Below, in pieces: positions 53,725 to 64,000 of a DNA stretch of 64,000 bases (within the stretch, counting starts at the first letter, position 1; every line of letters begins with the position of its first letter). The DNA lies in NCBI GenBank assembly GCA_951406725.2, contig OX597815.1, positions 6,448,001-6,512,000 of the forward strand. Direction: 5' to 3'. The DNA is from Octopus vulgaris. Its lineage: Eukaryota. Under the pieces are notes generated by a model. It had not been told where the DNA came from. It saw nothing but the letters and a program-made list of their open reading frames with translations, and searched no databases. The translations under genes were made by a program, and so were the position numbers.

Positions 53725-55135
53725 CGTAAACCTGACATTGTTGTAGTGAATAAAAAAGAAAAACAAAAGAAAACATCCATGATAATCGATAACAGTACGT
53801 TCCGGTGCCAACAGGGTCGAAGAGAAAGTGAACAACGATAAATTCGGTTTTTTTTTCCTACTCTAGGCCCGAAATTTTTGGGGAGGTGGGGCCAGTCGAT
53901 TAGATCGACCCGGTACGCAACTGGTACTTAATTTATCGACACAGAAAGGATGAAAGGCAAAGTCGACCTCGGCGGAATTTGAAGTCAGAACGTAAAGACA
54001 GACGAAATACCTATTTCTTTACTACCCACAAGGGGCTAAACACAGAGAGGACAAACAAGAACAGACAAACAGATTAAGTCGATTATATCGATCCCAGTGC
54101 GTAACTGGTACTTATTTAATCAACCCCGAAAGGATGAAAGGCAAAGTTGACATCGGCAGAATTTGAACTCAGAACGTAACGGCAGATGAAATACCCCGAA
54201 GCATTTCGCCCGGCGTGCTAACGTTCTTATTTCTTTATTGCCCACAGGGGGCTAAACACAGAGAGAACAAACAAGGATAGACAAACAGATTAAGTCGATT
54301 ACATCGACCCCAGTGCGTAACTGGTACTTATTTAATCGACCCCGAAAGGATGAAAGGCAAAGTCGACCTCGGTGGAATTTGAACTCAGAACTTAACGGCA
54401 GACGAAATACTTATTTCTTTACTACCCACAAGGGGCTAATCACAGAGGGGACAAACAAGGACAGACACATGGATCAAGTCGATTGCATCGACCCCAGTAC
54501 GCAACTGGTGCTTAATTTATCGACCCCGAAAGGATGAAAGGCAAAGTCGACCTCGGCGGAATTTTAACTCAGAACGTAAAGACGGACGAAATACCGTTAA
54601 GTATTTCGCCCGGCATGCCAGCTCGCCGCCTTAAACAACAACGATAATTTTTTTTCTACTCTAGGCATAAGGCTCGAAATTTTTTTTGTGGTGGGGGCGC
54701 CAGTCGATTAGAACAAAACCAGTACGCAACTGGTATTTAATTTATCGACTCCGAAAGGATGAAAGGCAAAGTCGACCTCGGCGGAATTTGAACTCAGAAC
54801 GTAGCGGCAGACGAATTTCGCCCGGCGTTCTAACGTTTCTGCCAGCTCAGCGCCTGAACAACAACGATAAATTGAAGTGGGCAATGAAGGAGTGGATGTG
54901 ATAACGATAGTAATTGGCTCGCTTGGAAGTATCAGCACTTAACGACCAACATGGCTCGAAAAGATTGGAACAAATGCAAAGACAGAACACCTACAAAAAT
55001 CATCATTTATTGGAACTGCAAGAATTCTTTCGCTGGGTTCTTAAAGCACGATCAGTAAACAAGTGTCACCTTAGTCTGCTGGCCGTGAACGGCTGACGCT
55101 TTTCATCATACCCAGTAAAAGAAGCTGAGAGTTTT
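53725..55135 (+). mobile_element. R4/Dong-like LINE 3' end interrupted by SINE B arrays
   Basis: KPDIVVVNKKE...IID before 53830, and DVITIVIGSLG...WLEKIG...LQKSSFIGTARIL after 54875. Confidence 0.7.
53850..54855 (-). mobile_element. SINE family B multimer (53850-54632) plus monomer (54650-54855)
   Basis: Family B homology; AACAACGATAA at 53831, 54637 and 54860. Confidence 0.9.
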
Positions 55136-55143
55136 CATCCAAA

Positions 55144-55536
55144 TCTCTCTATATATAAGGCTGAAGTTGTCTGTGTGTGGCAGGTTTGGTAGCCTTCAAC
55201 TAACTCTATCTCCTCCGAGACCTTGTGGCGCAAGTTGACCAAAATTGAGAGTATAACAGAAGAAGGCTTGCTCTTCATTCCGTAGAAGAAAAAATTCAAA
55301 TCGGACCATGTTAACACCAAAAATTATTTACATAAAAAAGGTGCTTTTTTTCTATGAAAATCCCTATTCTTTTACGATTTTTTTACTGCTGTGTCGCCAT
55401 TTTTCGGTGTATTTCAACCAGAAAAATGTTCACTTAGAGAGAATAACAAGCTACACAATGCAAAATTTTTACTTTGCAAAAATTCCAATTCTAAAGGGTC
55501 GAAACAAACCCGAGCAACGCTGGGCGATACTGCTAG
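55144..55536 (+). mobile_element. Non-autonomous Helitron
   Basis: A|TCTCTCTATATATAA ... CCCGAGCAACGCTGGGCGATACTGCTAG|T. Confidence 0.85.
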
Positions 55537-56016
55537 TTATAATAATAGATAAAATAACAACGCCGAGTGTAGTAAAATGAGGGAAATAGCTGCGTTCTGG
55601 TTTAATAAGAGATTTTATTCATTTTTGTTGACTGAGTTTTGTATATTTAGCTGTAGATAATGTAATATGACGGCTGCTGGTGTTTTGAGTCTCTTGCCAA
55701 ACGCTATTTTAGTCTATAATAGTCTATTAAATGACCAGATGGTCGATGGAGCTGGCAATAAATCTCTACTGTTATAATAATAACAATGCTGATGGCTGAT
55801 GTAATATTAATTGACTTTGCCCAGGTTAAATAGCATCAAATAATACGGACAAATGAGCTTTATACAATGCGCTGCCGTGTGTGTGTGTATGAGAGAGACA
55901 GAGGGAGAGTGTGTGTGCGTGCATGTGTGTGTGTGTATACATATAGTTATGTGTGTCTGTGTTTAATTTCTATGTAGTTGTGCGTGTCTGCCTCTGTGTG
56001 TGTGTGTGTGTGTGTT

Positions 56017-56071
<55 letters not shown>

Positions 56072-56072
56072 T

Positions 56073-56103
<31 letters not shown>

Positions 56104-56304
56104 TGTCAAACAAGTGAAAGATCGCTCTGCATTTTATTTGTACGACGAAAAGGCTGACAGTAACTTCGAAGTTTCAGATTAACCGTGCTCATAAGACTGT
56201 GAATATACATCTTTTATCTTTGATTTTTTTTACTTGCTTCAGTCAAGCAAAAGATTGCGGCCATGCTGGGGCACCATTTTGAAGAATTTTTAGTTGCATG
56301 AATC

Positions 56305-56615
56305 GTTATCGGGCTAGCGGAAAAAATGCTATCACAAGGTTAGTACAATGGTCCAATAGTATAGAAGTCGTTGACTGGTTTAAAGCCATTAAGAATAAGA
56401 ATAAAGCGAGATTCACGCAATTCGGATAGCATTTTTTTCGATGGCCCGATAACTGAAGAGATGCCGGCGTGGGTTTCCGCCCCGACATCTGAAACTCGGA
56501 GTTTTATCATGGCTACCGAATAATTGTCACATATTATATTTACAGATAAATTCCTTATTTACATAATATCGAGGTCTCTTTCGTTCTTTTGTTGTCTTGC
56601 CATTTCTATCAATAT
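56305..56615 (+). mobile_element. Penelope-like element remnant: RT fragment inside a short inverted repeat, followed by an HHR-bearing terminal repeat
   Basis: 56334-56423 reads TRLVQWSNSIEVVDWFKAIKNKNKARFTQF, resembling the PLE RT motif QW.N...VI.WF..I..K....F.QFD; 56305-56333 is inverted at 56425-56453. Confidence 0.75.
56448..56508 (+). ncRNA. Type I hammerhead ribozyme motif, intact core
   Basis: gataa CTGAAGA gatgccg...cgacatct GAAA ctc-g-gag TT ttatc. Confidence 0.8.
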
Positions 56616-56744
56616 ATATATAGTACTTCGTTGTGCCATTTATTTACTTTTATGTATAATATTACCCTCACGGGCTATCCTTTACTGGAAAGCAATACTC
56701 TCGTATTGCATTACTATTTTCATTATATAATATATATATATATA

Positions 56745-57340
56745 TAGGGTGTTCTAAAAGTCACTGATAGGTTTCAGTTTTTAATAACTTCCTTAACTTT
56801 ACAAATAAATGCATGAAATTTTGATACAATATAAAGGATATAATGGAAATTTTTATGCGCATGTCAAATTGTGCAACACCGCTACATAACATATGAAAAA
56901 TGTCATCCCTTAAATGGCAGACATTTTCGGTTTCGCACGCCCGTGCTCTTTCCAGGGTGTTATGGTGCACCATAACACCCTCAAGAGTTTCAGACCCCAC
57001 TTTTTTCTATTGATGTTTCAGACCCCACTTTTTTAAGAGTTTCAGACCCCACTTTTTTCTATTGATGTTCTCCTTCAGTTGCACCAGGGTGTCCGATCTG
57101 TTAACGTAAACCTTCTCTTTCAGGTATCTCAACTAGAAAAAAAATCCGGGCTAAACAAGTCTGGGGAACGTAAAGGCCATTCAGAGAAGGCCTAACACAT
57201 GGTTCCAGCAAGATGGGGCAATTGCTCATACTGCAAGAGACACAATGCAGTTGCTGCGGCAGTGCTTTGGAGAGAGAATAATCTCCCGCTGCGACAATGT
57301 CAACTGGGGACACCTGAAAGAGAGGGTTTACCCCAACAAT
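56745..57340 (+). mobile_element. Deleted Tc1/mariner-superfamily element
   Basis: WFQQDGAIAHTARDTMQLLRQCFGERIISRCDNVNW|GHLKERVY; the PPRSPDL...FLW segment is deleted. Confidence 0.75.
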
Positions 57341-57375
57341 GGCGCGCGCGAGTGTGTGTGTATGCGTGTGCATGT

Positions 57376-57417
<42 letters not shown>

Positions 57418-57499
57418 CGTGTATGTATATATGTATGTGTATGGTGAGATATCTTAATGTATGTCTATGTGTGCGTGTGTGTGTGTGTGTGTGCTCTTT

Positions 57500-57872
57500 A
57501 TTCTTTTACTTTTTTCAGCCCTTTGACTTTGGCCATGCCCTTAACACAGGACTTATTCTTCGTAAGCCTAGTACTTATTCTATCGGTCACTTTTGCCGAA
57601 CTGCTAAGTTACGGGGACGTAAACACACCAGCATCGGTTGTCAAGCGATGGTGTGGGAGGGACAAACACAGACACACAAAAATACACACACACACACACA
57701 CATATATACGACGGGCTTCTTTCAGTTTCCGTCTACCAAATCCACTCACAAGACTTTGGTCGGCCCGAGGCTATAGTAGAAGACACTTGCCCAAGGTGCC
57801 ACGCAGTAGGACTGAACCCGGAACCATGTGGTTGGTAAACAAGGTACTTACCACACAGCCACTCCTACGCCT
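57500..57872 (-). mobile_element. SINE family A
   Basis: Family A homology. Confidence 0.9.
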
Positions 57873-57910
57873 GTATGTACAAAGATAGGTAGGTAGGTAG
57901 GTAGGTAGGT

Positions 57911-58224
57911 GAAGGCGCGTGGCTTAGTGGTTAGGGCATACGGCTCACCATTATAAGGTCGTGAGTTCGATTCCCGGCAACGTGTTGTGTCTTTGAGCAA
58001 GACACTTTATTTCACGTTGCTCCAATCCACTCAGCTGGAAAAAATGAGTTGTACCTGTATTTCAAAGGGCCGGCTTGTCACACTCTGTGTCACGCTGAAT
58101 CTCCCTGAGAACTACGTTAAGGGTACACGTGTCTGTGGATTGCTCAGCACGTTAACTTCACGAGCAAGCTGTTCCGTTGATCGTATCAGCTGGGACCCTC
58201 GTCGTCGTAACCGACGGAGTGCTC
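57911..58224 (+). mobile_element. SINE family D, full length, inserted in (TAGG)n
   Basis: A box TGGCTTAGTGG, B box GAGTTCGATTCCC, CORE-like GTCTTTGAGCAAGACACTT, tail CGTAACCGACGGAGTGC. Confidence 0.9.
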
Positions 58225-58387
58225 CTATAGGTAGGTAGGTAGGTAGGTAGGTAGGTAGGTAGGTAGGTAGGTAGGTATGGAGGGAGGGAGGCAGACAGGC
58301 AGGCAGGCAGGTAGGTAGGTAGCTGATCCTTCGAACTGATAGACATAGCTAAAAAATCTGCCTCATCATATCCTACAGTCCAAAATA

Positions 58388-58809
58388 TATTTCTTTACTG
58401 CCCACAAGGGGCTAAACACAGAGGGGACAAACAAGGACAGACGAAGGGATTGAGTCGATTACATCGCCCCCAGTGCGAAACTAGGTACTTTATTTATCGA
58501 CCCCGAAAGGATGAAAGGCAAAGTTGACCTCGGCGGAATTTGAACTCAGAACGTAACGACAGACGAAATACCTATTTCTATTTCTTTATTACCCACAAGG
58601 GGCTAAACATAGAGGTGACAAACATGGACAGACATAGGTATTGAGTCGATTACATCGCCCCCAGTGCGAAACTGGTACGTAGTTTATCGACCCCGAAAGG
58701 ATAAAAGGCAAAGTCGATCTCGGCGGAATTTGAACTCGGAACGTAAAGACAGACGAAATACCGCTAAGCATTTCACCCGGCGCGCTAACGACTCTGCCAG
58801 CTCGCTGCC
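58388..58809 (-). mobile_element. SINE family B dimer
   Basis: Family B homology; CCTACAGTCCAAAATA repeated on both flanks (target-site duplication). Confidence 0.9.
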
Positions 58810-59654
58810 TACAGTCCAAAATAAGGAAACGACACATCAAGATAATACAGTATTTCATATATTCGCTGCCCATAAAAGGAATCCTTGCTGTTTACAGCTC
58901 GGCTTTTTATTACAGGTTTCTTCGGTCACGGTTGACCTACAACCAAACAACAACAACAGACAAAGCAACGTGTCCCTTCCTGCTCGCGCTCCTAACCCCA
59001 AAAATAAGAAATAATTATAAACCAGCCCAGTAGAACTCGGTTATTTTCTGTTGATCCCCACCGCGGGAGGTCAATAGACTCTGCCTTTCCATCTGTGACT
59101 AACACATAAAATAAATCCTAAAGAGGTGATTATTTTTTCACGACAGCATTATCTAAACAATGCGGAAAACTACGTAGAAATATTTCTCTTTAAAAATAAA
59201 AATTGTTCTAGTTTCACTTAGGTTTTATTATCATCGCCTATTCTACTCTCCAACACTTTATAATACACATTTTTATGTGGCAGAGGGGCGGGACAAAGGC
59301 GGTGCATCTGTGCTCAACTGATCAGTCAGTTTGTATATTTGTATCCTGGTTTTTCATTACTCTTTTTGTTAACGTGACTTTACGTAGCTTTTATACTGTT
59401 AGAGCATGCGCAGTATGGCCGAATGGTTAAGTTATTTTTGAAAAACGTAATTATAAATATTGAAGCAAAATATTTTTCTGATAACATCTTAATGAGTTTT
59501 GGAGCAAAAATACATATAATATGTAATCAAGAAGCACGCTTGGGTTTATGTGAAATCCAGGTTTTCCCGGAAGACCACATTTAAGTGCCTCCAAGAAGTA
59601 TGCAGTTTTAAGGCCATAGATCCCCGCCCCTTGGTTTACATTCTCTCTTTCGAA

Positions 59655-59707
<53 letters not shown>

Positions 59708-60599
59708 CTCTCTCTCTCTCTTAAACACACATACACATATCTTTCCGCTTATGTATATATTATTGTATTCTTTTATTTGTTTCAGACATCTGACTGCGGC
59801 CATGCTGGAGCACCGCCTTTAGTCGAACAAATCGACCTCAGGACTTATTCTTTGTAAGAAGCCTAGCACTTATTCTATCGGTCTCTTTTGCTGAACCGCT
59901 ATATTACGGGGACGTAAATACACCAACATCGGTGTGAAGCAATGGTGGAGGAACAGACACAGACACACAAATACATACACATATACATACATATATATTC
60001 TTTTATTCTTTTTTATATTAATATATATATGTATGTATATATGTGTGTATATATGTATGTGAAGGCGCATGGCTCAGTGGTTAATGTGTGACAGTCACGA
60101 CTACGAGATCGTGGGTTCGATTCCCAGACTGGGCATTGCTTGTGTTCTTGAGCAAAGCACTTCATTTCGCGTTGCTCTGCAATCATGTCGTTATCTGACA
60201 TGTGTCACCTGTTGCACCTGTACAGGTAATGTTGATCTGATGGAGGGAGTGAGCTTATGTCTACACAAACATTTGATCCCTATAAACAAATCATCTGTGT
60301 AGTTGTTCGGTAAGAAATTGTCAAACCCTCATATGTTGTCTAACGACGGAAGGATCCACCAGAGTACATCATATGTGTGTGTGTGTGTGTAGTAAATCCA
60401 AAAAAGAAGAACAAACACAAAAAAACAACAACAACGCGAGGACGTGGTAATGTAAAGTATTAGCAGACGCTCAGGGAAGGAAAGAAATGTGGTTTAACGT
60501 TTCGAGTAAACGCTCTTCTTCGGAAACAGAGGAAAGTCCAATAAAAAGGAAGACGGAGGAAGAAAATCGCCAACGATTCACATGCGGTTACATTTTGAA

Positions 60600-60673
<74 letters not shown>

Positions 60674-60726
60674 ATGTATGTATGTATGTATGTATGTATG
60701 TATGTATGTATGTATGTATGTATGTA

Positions 60727-62052
60727 TTAGGTTGTTCGGAAAGTTCAGAGCCGTTTTTACTATGTAAATAGGGATATATATAATAATTGAGCTTTCAATA
60801 AATTTTATTCAATGAAATAATTTCTATTATTATTAACGAGCTTTGCCCATCTATCAGGCAATTTAAATATTCAACCAGCATAAAATTTGACTGATTTTGA
60901 AGAAAAAAGTTCTATAGATGCATTTTCACTCCATCTAAATTGTTAAATCTTTTCCCTTGCAATGAGTTCTGTAGAGAGAAAAGCAAGTGGTAGTGGGATG
61001 GCGCAATATCAGGAGAATATGGTGGATGGGGTAACAGATCCCAGCCAAGTTCATGTAACTTTATTCGGGTAACCAAAGACATGTTGAGCGTTGTCTTGTT
61101 GGAACACTATCCTTTTCCTGTCGGCAAGCCCGGGTCACAATTCTTTGATTTTTTTTTTTTTTTTTGTTCAAATTAACCAGCTGACGACAGCACACATCAG
61201 AATTAATGGTCTGATTATATGGGAGAAGCTCATAATAAATAATGCCTTTATGATCCTACAAAGCATTACGTTTTTGACATGGATATTCGTCTTTAGCAGC
61301 TGTTTGGGGGGACCCTTGCTCAAATTCCAAGGTCTTTTTCGCACTATGCTTTCGTACAATTTGGGGGGACCCTTACGCAAACTCCATTTCACACTACGTT
61401 TTCGTACAAAATCCATTTTTCATCTCCAGTCACAAGTTGTTTCAAAAAAGTTATGCGTTTATTCCGTTTCAAAAGTACATCACAAACGGAATACCATTCC
61501 AAGCATTTCTTTTCTGTGAGTTTGTAAGGGACCCATACGTTATAACGAGAAATGTATCCTAGCTTCACTTGGTGTTCCTGAGCCGTACTTTTAGAAACTT
61601 CCAACTCCTCTGCAAGTTCTCTCATTGTGATATTTGAGTTTTCTTAGATTGTTACCTTCAAAATATCTTCATCCAATGTTGAAGGTTTTCCACTGCGACT
61701 GTCATCTTCCAAGCTAAACTTTCCACCTTCGAACAGTTGATTCACCAACAGCATCATCATCACCATAAACTTCACAAATGTTTTTGCAAGTCTTTGCAGT
61801 ATTTCCTCCTTTTTTCTTTTTGAGAAAAGAAAAGCATTACAACGCGAATATGAAATTTTGGGTGATCCATTTTAAATGTCAATAAAGGGTAACCAGAAGG
61901 AAAGATAAATCTATTTCTAGTCAGGAACAAAGAAGAGATGCCCTACCACTTCAAGCAACGCCAAGGTTTTAACCGTGCTACGTTTCAGGTGTGTTCAAAG
62001 AAACGTTAAAAGATTTGGCTTCAAAGCACTCAGAACTTGACGGACAACCTAA
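60727..62052 (-). mobile_element. Full-length (1.33 kb) decayed mariner element
   Basis: TIR TTAGGTTGT.CG..AAGTTC at both ends with TA; WVPYKL, VTGDEKW, QQDNA, HPPYSPDIAPS motifs with stops and frameshifts. Confidence 0.9.
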
Positions 62053-62300
62053 TATATACGACGGGTTTCTTTCAGTTTCCCTCTACCAAATCCACCCCGA
62101 AGGCTTTGGTCAACCTGAGGCTACAGTAGAAAAAGTTTTAACCGTGCTACGTTTCTGGTGTGTTCAAAGAAACGTTAAAAGATTTGGCTTCAAAGTACTC
62201 AGAACTTCCCGGACAACCTAATATATACGACGGGTTTCTTTCAGTTTCCGTCTACCAAATCCACCCCGAAGGCTTTGGTCAACCTGAGGCTACAGTAGAA
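61966..62300. repeat. 169-bp tandem duplication spanning the mariner TIR/SINE A junction
   Basis: Units start at 61966 and 62135. Confidence 0.9.
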
Positions 62301-62861
62301 GATTTTTAACCTAAGCTGTCACGCAGTGTGACTGTACCCGGAACAATGTGGTTGAGAAGCAAACTTCTTACCACAAAGCCACGCCTGTGCCAACGAACGG
62401 ACAGTGAGTCAGAGACAGATAAATATAAAATTATGGCGCATTATTAATATATGACGTCATCTACTGATATAATAACTTTTGTTATCACGTGACTGGAAAT
62501 AGATTTAATATAACAGCTGTTGTAAACTGCGTATATATACCTGAACCTACACACTGCAGTAGACTACATGTTCCCCAGTATATAAATACATCTATAGACT
62601 ATGGATGTTATGTGAATAAGTGCATGCTACAAGCAAAAGTTTGAAGTACCAAATAACCCATTACGCATAATAAATTTAACTCCTGTAAAAGTACTGAGTC
62701 CTCGCTTAAGTAAAAAAAAATTATAACTTTATAATTTAAACCCCAAAACATGAACACTTATATACTGATATTCATACATAATACATACATACATAACATA
62801 TATGATAGATCGCTAGCCACTACACATTCTTTATTTTCTCTCCTTGATTCTTTCTGTGTTC

Positions 62862-62897
62862 CTTTCAGTGGAAGAGCGTAGGCTCGAAACGTTAAAG
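62862..62897 (+). ncRNA. Degenerate hammerhead motif in a PLE-type repeat ending at (TA)n
   Basis: cttt CAGTGGA a-gagc-gtag-gctc GAAA cg TT aaag; stems intact, core mutated. Confidence 0.55.
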
Positions 62898-62980
62898 ACT
62901 TTTCACTTCCCGAGCATTAAACTAATACATCTGTTTGTTGTTTACACACCTGTCTTCGACTTTTTTTTGTCAATTCTCCC

Positions 62981-63030
<50 letters not shown>

Positions 63031-63095
63031 TTTTCTCATTTTCCCCTTACATTTCCACGTGTATTTTATATTTTCTTTTTGTAACATATTTCTAC

Positions 63096-63147
<52 letters not shown>

Positions 63148-63168
63148 ACTATACTCAACAGTGAACAT

Positions 63169-63472
63169 TGGATATGTATTATATGTGACCGTGTTCTGTT
63201 GTCAAAATTAGGATACGTGAACCATATGATGTCACATGAACATCGTAGGTAATGATATTGGACACCAACCACCTCTTACGATTTGTGTCATATATCGCAA
63301 AACTTGTAAGACAATATCTGGACTTAAAATACATATGCTAGTTCACAAAGACATTCCTTCAGAATCAGATTCCAAAGAGCAAAACTATAGAAGAAAATTG
63401 AATAATATCTGTCACTTGTGTTTTTAACCCTCTCAGTCAGCAGCTGGTCTTAAAAGTCGTCTATGAGCTCAT
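63169..63472 (+). pseudogene. Three decayed C2H2 zinc fingers, probably an RTE-type LINE C-terminus
   Basis: CIICDRVLLSKLGYVNHMMSH / CVIYRKTCKTISGLKIHMLVH / CHLCF*PSQSAAGLKSRL*AH, with a frameshift and stops. Confidence 0.65.
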
Positions 63473-63544
63473 CGACGGAGTGATTGTATTGTGTGATGGG
63501 ATGTGGTGTGTGTTGATGGGACGGCTATCATCTCTCAAGATGAA

Positions 63545-63749
63545 GGACCGCGTGTGTACCGTTGGCGATTTTTTCCTCCGTCTTCCCTTCTCTAGATCTT
63601 TCCTTCTCCAATGTTTCTGACGAAGAGCTCCGCTCGAAACGTTAAACCCTCCTTCTTCCCTTCCTTCCTGAGCGTCCAATAATACTATATTTGTTCCACG
63701 TCCTCACGTTGTTGTGTTTTCTCTTTGTGTTTTCATGTTTGGATTAACT
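63545..63749 (+). mobile_element. PLE-type family P1 copy
   Basis: Reverse complement of 12033-12241; ends at (TA)n. Confidence 0.8.
63613..63647 (+). ncRNA. Minimal hammerhead ribozyme motif, intact core
   Basis: gttt CTGACGA a-gagc-tcc-gctc GAAA cg TT aaac. Confidence 0.8.
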
Positions 63750-63761
63750 ATATATATATAT

Positions 63762-64000
63762 ATGAAAGGCAAAGTCGACCTCGGCGGAATTTGAACCCAG
63801 AACGTAACGGCAGACGAAATACGGCTACGCATTTCGCCCGGCGTGCTAACGTTTCTGCCAGCTCGCCACCTTAATTAATTACATATTCTTTTCTATTCTA
63901 GAATCAAGGCCCGAAAATTTGGGGGAGAGGGCCAGCGATTAGATCGACCCAGTAAGCAACTGGTACTTAATTTATCGACCCTGAAAAGATGAAAGGCAAA
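63762..64000 (-). mobile_element. SINE family B pieces (second runs off the window end)
   Basis: Family B homology. Confidence 0.85.

Larger units (their letters stand above)
59765..62390 (-). mobile_element. SINE family A split by a D-like SINE (60061-60357), a P1 element (60391-60597, HHR motif 60492-60527) and a mariner
   Basis: 3' half 59765-59970; 5' half resumes directly after the mariner TIR (62055 onward, duplicated at 62224). Confidence 0.7.

Overview
Repeat-saturated, AT-rich eukaryotic DNA, most likely from an octopus genome. The organism is inferred from the tRNA/CORE-type SINE families and the extreme microsatellite load. No convincing intact protein-coding gene is present: almost all listed ORFs are microsatellite or SINE read-through. 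The window contains one intact tRNA-Thr(UGU) gene; about 40 copies of four tRNA-headed SINE families (called A-D here); decayed mariner, Tc1-like and pogo-like DNA transposons; three non-autonomous Helitrons; and fragments of RTE, CRE, CR1, Tx1/L1 and R4/Dong LINEs. The most striking signal is about 17 minimal type I hammerhead ribozyme (HHR) motifs, read by eye, from at least seven unrelated short elements of Penelope-like (PLE) type. Most abut (TA)n tracts and several form large fold-back palindromes. One is fused to a tRNA-derived Pol III head (a candidate ribozyme-bearing SINE), and one sits next to a PLE reverse-transcriptase fragment. The internal (TA)n tract of SINE family A repeatedly acts as a landing pad for nested insertions. 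All family assignments come from motif recognition, not database searches, and boundaries of decayed elements are approximate.
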